This document shows, in pieces, positions 17,433 to 19,667 of a DNA stretch of 19,667 nucleotides. Each line of letters opens with the position of its first letter. Positions within the stretch are counted from its first letter, which is position 1. Where the stretch lies: NCBI GenBank assembly GCA_041739675.1, contig JBGSNL010000043.1, positions 1 through 19,667 of the forward strand. Direction: 5' to 3'. The translations under genes were made by a program, and so were the position numbers. This DNA comes from a bacterium (lineage in GTDB: Bacteria; UBA10199; 2-02-FULL-44-16; DYJF01). The notes below the pieces were generated by a model. It had not been told where the DNA came from. It saw only the letters and a list, made by a program, of their open reading frames with translations, and made no database searches.

Positions 17433-17522
17433 TTATCTTTTTTTCTTCTTCGTGGTCTTTTTCTTCTTCCTCTTCACGGTCTTTTTCTTTTTCTTCATGG
17501 GGCCGCACATTCCACAACTCAT
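17433..17522 (-). CDS. 29-aa Lys-rich small protein with CxxC (MSCGMCGPMKKKKKTVKRKKKKTTKKKKR)
   Basis: AAGGAGG RBS (17528-17534, minus strand) 5 nt before the ATG at 17522. TAA at 17433-17435. Fills an otherwise empty intergenic gap. Confidence 0.7.
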   Translation of the reverse strand: MSCGMCGPMKKKKKTVKRKKKKTTKKKKR

Positions 17523-17618
17523 AGTTGCCTCCTTGCCCGCTTGCCCGCCGACGTTTTGTGGCGGGCCGAAAGTTTGTCGTGGCGAGCTTTGCTTGCATAA
17601 TACTAAAAAGACATATAA

Positions 17619-18602
17619 ATGACAAATGACAAAATCCAAATGAGAAGAATTACCGAACAAAAACTCATCAATCTTCTGACCGAAGGTGTTCCCCGCGCGA
17701 AAGGAAATTTGAAAGTCGGCATCGGAGACGACTGCGCCGTTATAGAAAGCGACGGTTTCGACTGGCTCGTGACGACAGATTCGCTCTTTGAAGGAGTCCA
17801 TTTCGATTTCGAGTATACGGACGACAGACTCCTTGGCAGGAAATCTTTGAGCGTGAATTTGAGCGACATTGCGGCGATGGGGGGCGGGCCGCTCTTTTAT
17901 ACGGTGAGCCTCGGTGTTCCGCGGGACTTTCCCACCGAAAGGCTCGAAAAACTCTATCAGGGCATGAAGGAAGTTTCAGATAATGCCGGCACCATCCTTG
18001 CCGGCGGCGACACGTGTGCTTCAAAATCGGGCCTTGTCATTTCGATCACGGTGATGGGGCGCATAGAAAAAGAGAAAGCCTTGTTGAGGAGCGGCGCGAA
18101 ACCGGGCGATGCGATCTATGTGACGGGCACCTTGGGCGATTCCGCGCTGGGCCTTGCCTGTTTCAAAAAAGGAGTAAAGGGTGGGCGCTACGCATTCTTT
18201 ATGAATCGTTACAACGATCCTTCCGCAAGACTCGCGGAAGGTATGTGGCTTTCTTCTCTGGGCCTTGTCTCGTCCATGATCGATATCTCGGACGGGCTCC
18301 TTGCCGATCTCGGCCACATAGCCGATATGTCAAAAGCCGGCTTTGAGATCGACGGATCGTCTGTCCCTTTGAGCAAAGGGTTTTCAGAGGTTGCAGGGGA
18401 GCTTGGGCTTGATCCTCTGGAGCTTGCCTTGACCGGAGGCGAGGATTATGAGCTTGTGTTCACAGTTGCCGAAAAGCACATCGGGCAATTCGAAAAAGAG
18501 AAGTCCGGTCACATAGTGACGCGCATAGGCACCATAACCAAAAATCCGGGCGACAGGGGAAAGTTCCCGTTCGCGCGCACGGGTTTCGATCATTTTGCAT
18601 AA
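17619..18602 (+). CDS. thiL: Thiamine-monophosphate kinase
   Basis: GIGDDCAV, TTDSLFEGVHF, VNLSDIAAMGG, GGDT, RSGAKPGD, MIDISDGL and GGEDYEL motifs. The true start may be ATG 17640. Confidence 0.96.
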   Translation: MTNDKIQMRRITEQKLINLLTEGVPRAKGNLKVGIGDDCAVIESDGFDWLVTTDSLFEGVHFDFEYTDDRLLGRKSLSVNLSDIAAMGGGPLFYTVSLGVPRDFPTERLEKLYQGMKEVSDNAGTILAGGDTCASKSGLVISITVMGRIEKEKALLRSGAKPGDAIYVTGTLGDSALGLACFKKGVKGGRYAFFMNRYNDPSARLAEGMWLSSLGLVSSMIDISDGLLADLGHIADMSKAGFEIDGSSVPLSKGFSEVAGELGLDPLELALTGGEDYELVFTVAEKHIGQFEKEKSGHIVTRIGTITKNPGDRGKFPFARTGFDHFA

Positions 18603-18607
18603 ACAAA

Positions 18608-19597
18608 ATGGCATTCAGTCTTTTCATGTGTTTTGTTCTGCTTTGCTGCAAGATCTTTTTCGAATCTGCGGAGACGGCGCTCTTTTCCCTTTCGCGAGTC
18701 CAAATTCAGCGGTTTCGCGCGTCGAAAAGCGGTGCTGCCCAGAAAGTGGTCGAGTGCCTTAGAAAGCCCAGGGAATGGCTCGCCACGATTCTTTTGGGCA
18801 ACGAGCTCGTCAACATCAGCATCTCGATCATCGGGGCGTCGATCATAAGCCGCTATTTTTTTTATGATGTGAAAGTCCAGACGTTTATTGCCGTCATCGT
18901 AATCACTCCCGTCATCCTTCTGTTCGGGGAGATCATCCCCAAGAACGCCGCCATCCGTTTTTCTCCGGAGCTGGCCCCGAAAATGGTGGTTCCCTTGAGC
19001 ATCTTCCACAGGTTCATCAAGCCGTTTCGATTTCTACTCACCAAGATAGCCGACGGTTTTGTCATAATGCTGGGAGGCCATCCCGAAAAGGCGCAGCCGA
19101 TGATCGTCGAGGAGGAATTCAGGCGCCTTATCGATCTGGGGCGGCGCGAAGGGGTGATAGTCGAGGAAGAGCGGGAGATGATCCACAAAGTTTTTGAATT
19201 TACTGACAAGATCGTTTCCGGGATCATGACGCCGGCCGGGCAAATGTTTGCGCTGCCCGTCGATCTGCCCTACGAGAAAATGTTGGGGGAGATAAAGGAG
19301 ACGCAGTTTTCGAGAATTCCGCTCTATGAGAATGAAAAAGACAATATCGTGGGGATTTTGCACGTGCGCGATCTTTTTGCCTTCCACAGAAAACGCGAAT
19401 CCGGGGGCGATAAAAATATCAGGGCGATCATCCGCGAGCCGCTCTTTGTGGCGTCCGGCAAAAAACTCGAAGATCTTCTCCATGATTTTCAGCAGAGCGG
19501 CATACATATGGCGCTCGTCAAAGACGGGCATAAGCTGGTTGGTATCATAACGATGGACGACGTGCTGGAAGAACTTTTCGGCGAGATAGAAAAATGA
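18608..19597 (+). CDS. CNNM/DUF21 plus CBS-pair protein (CorC/HlyC/hemolysin family)
   Basis: FFESAETALFSL, TILLGNELVN, GEIIPK, FSRIPLY, GILHVRDL and GIITMDDVLEELFGEI motifs. Confidence 0.92.
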   Translation: MAFSLFMCFVLLCCKIFFESAETALFSLSRVQIQRFRASKSGAAQKVVECLRKPREWLATILLGNELVNISISIIGASIISRYFFYDVKVQTFIAVIVITPVILLFGEIIPKNAAIRFSPELAPKMVVPLSIFHRFIKPFRFLLTKIADGFVIMLGGHPEKAQPMIVEEEFRRLIDLGRREGVIVEEEREMIHKVFEFTDKIVSGIMTPAGQMFALPVDLPYEKMLGEIKETQFSRIPLYENEKDNIVGILHVRDLFAFHRKRESGGDKNIRAIIREPLFVASGKKLEDLLHDFQQSGIHMALVKDGHKLVGIITMDDVLEELFGEIEK

Positions 19598-19667
19598 GTT
19601 TGGGTCTAGTCATCATCATTCTGGTCGTCTGCCTTCTGCTTGAGGGATTTTTCTCGGGCTCGGAGAT
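19594..19667 (+). CDS. Start of a second CNNM/DUF21 hemolysin-family protein (3'-truncated by window edge)
   Basis: ATGA overlap with the previous stop. Translates MSLGLVIIILVVCLLLEGFFSGSE, the typical DUF21 N-terminal FFSGSE motif. Confidence 0.8.
   Translation, partial: MSLGLVIIILVVCLLLEGFFSGSE

Noticed and set aside
18608..19667. Tandem pair of CNNM/CBS genes as a novel system
   Set aside because: Paired hemolysin/CNNM genes are a common housekeeping arrangement.

Overview
Bacterial DNA; the gene content suggests a deltaproteobacterial-type or uncultured lineage (inference only). Bases 5.8-19.7 kb are mostly housekeeping genes: a radical SAM protein, a Fis-like regulator, thiE, thiD, a CPA2/Kef antiporter, a Glu/Leu/Phe/Val dehydrogenase, a PEP/pyruvate-binding-domain protein, hrcA, grpE, an LpoA-like TPR lipoprotein, a 29-aa Lys-rich CxxC peptide, thiL and two CNNM/CBS genes. 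The notable part is 1-5.8 kb, a tandem array of four uncharacterised + strand genes (the first is partial). All four end in the same module: a Pro/Ala/Gly-rich linker, a 14-aa motif S[TS]V[TR]GLxET[GD]E[TS]SG, then a 55-58 aa Arg-rich, Lys-free tail. The three complete proteins look like very diverged paralogs, and two are preceded by an identically spaced alternative-sigma-like promoter motif. The array may be a co-regulated family of cargo or effector proteins with a C-terminal sorting, secretion or processing signal that I do not recognise; that function is inference.
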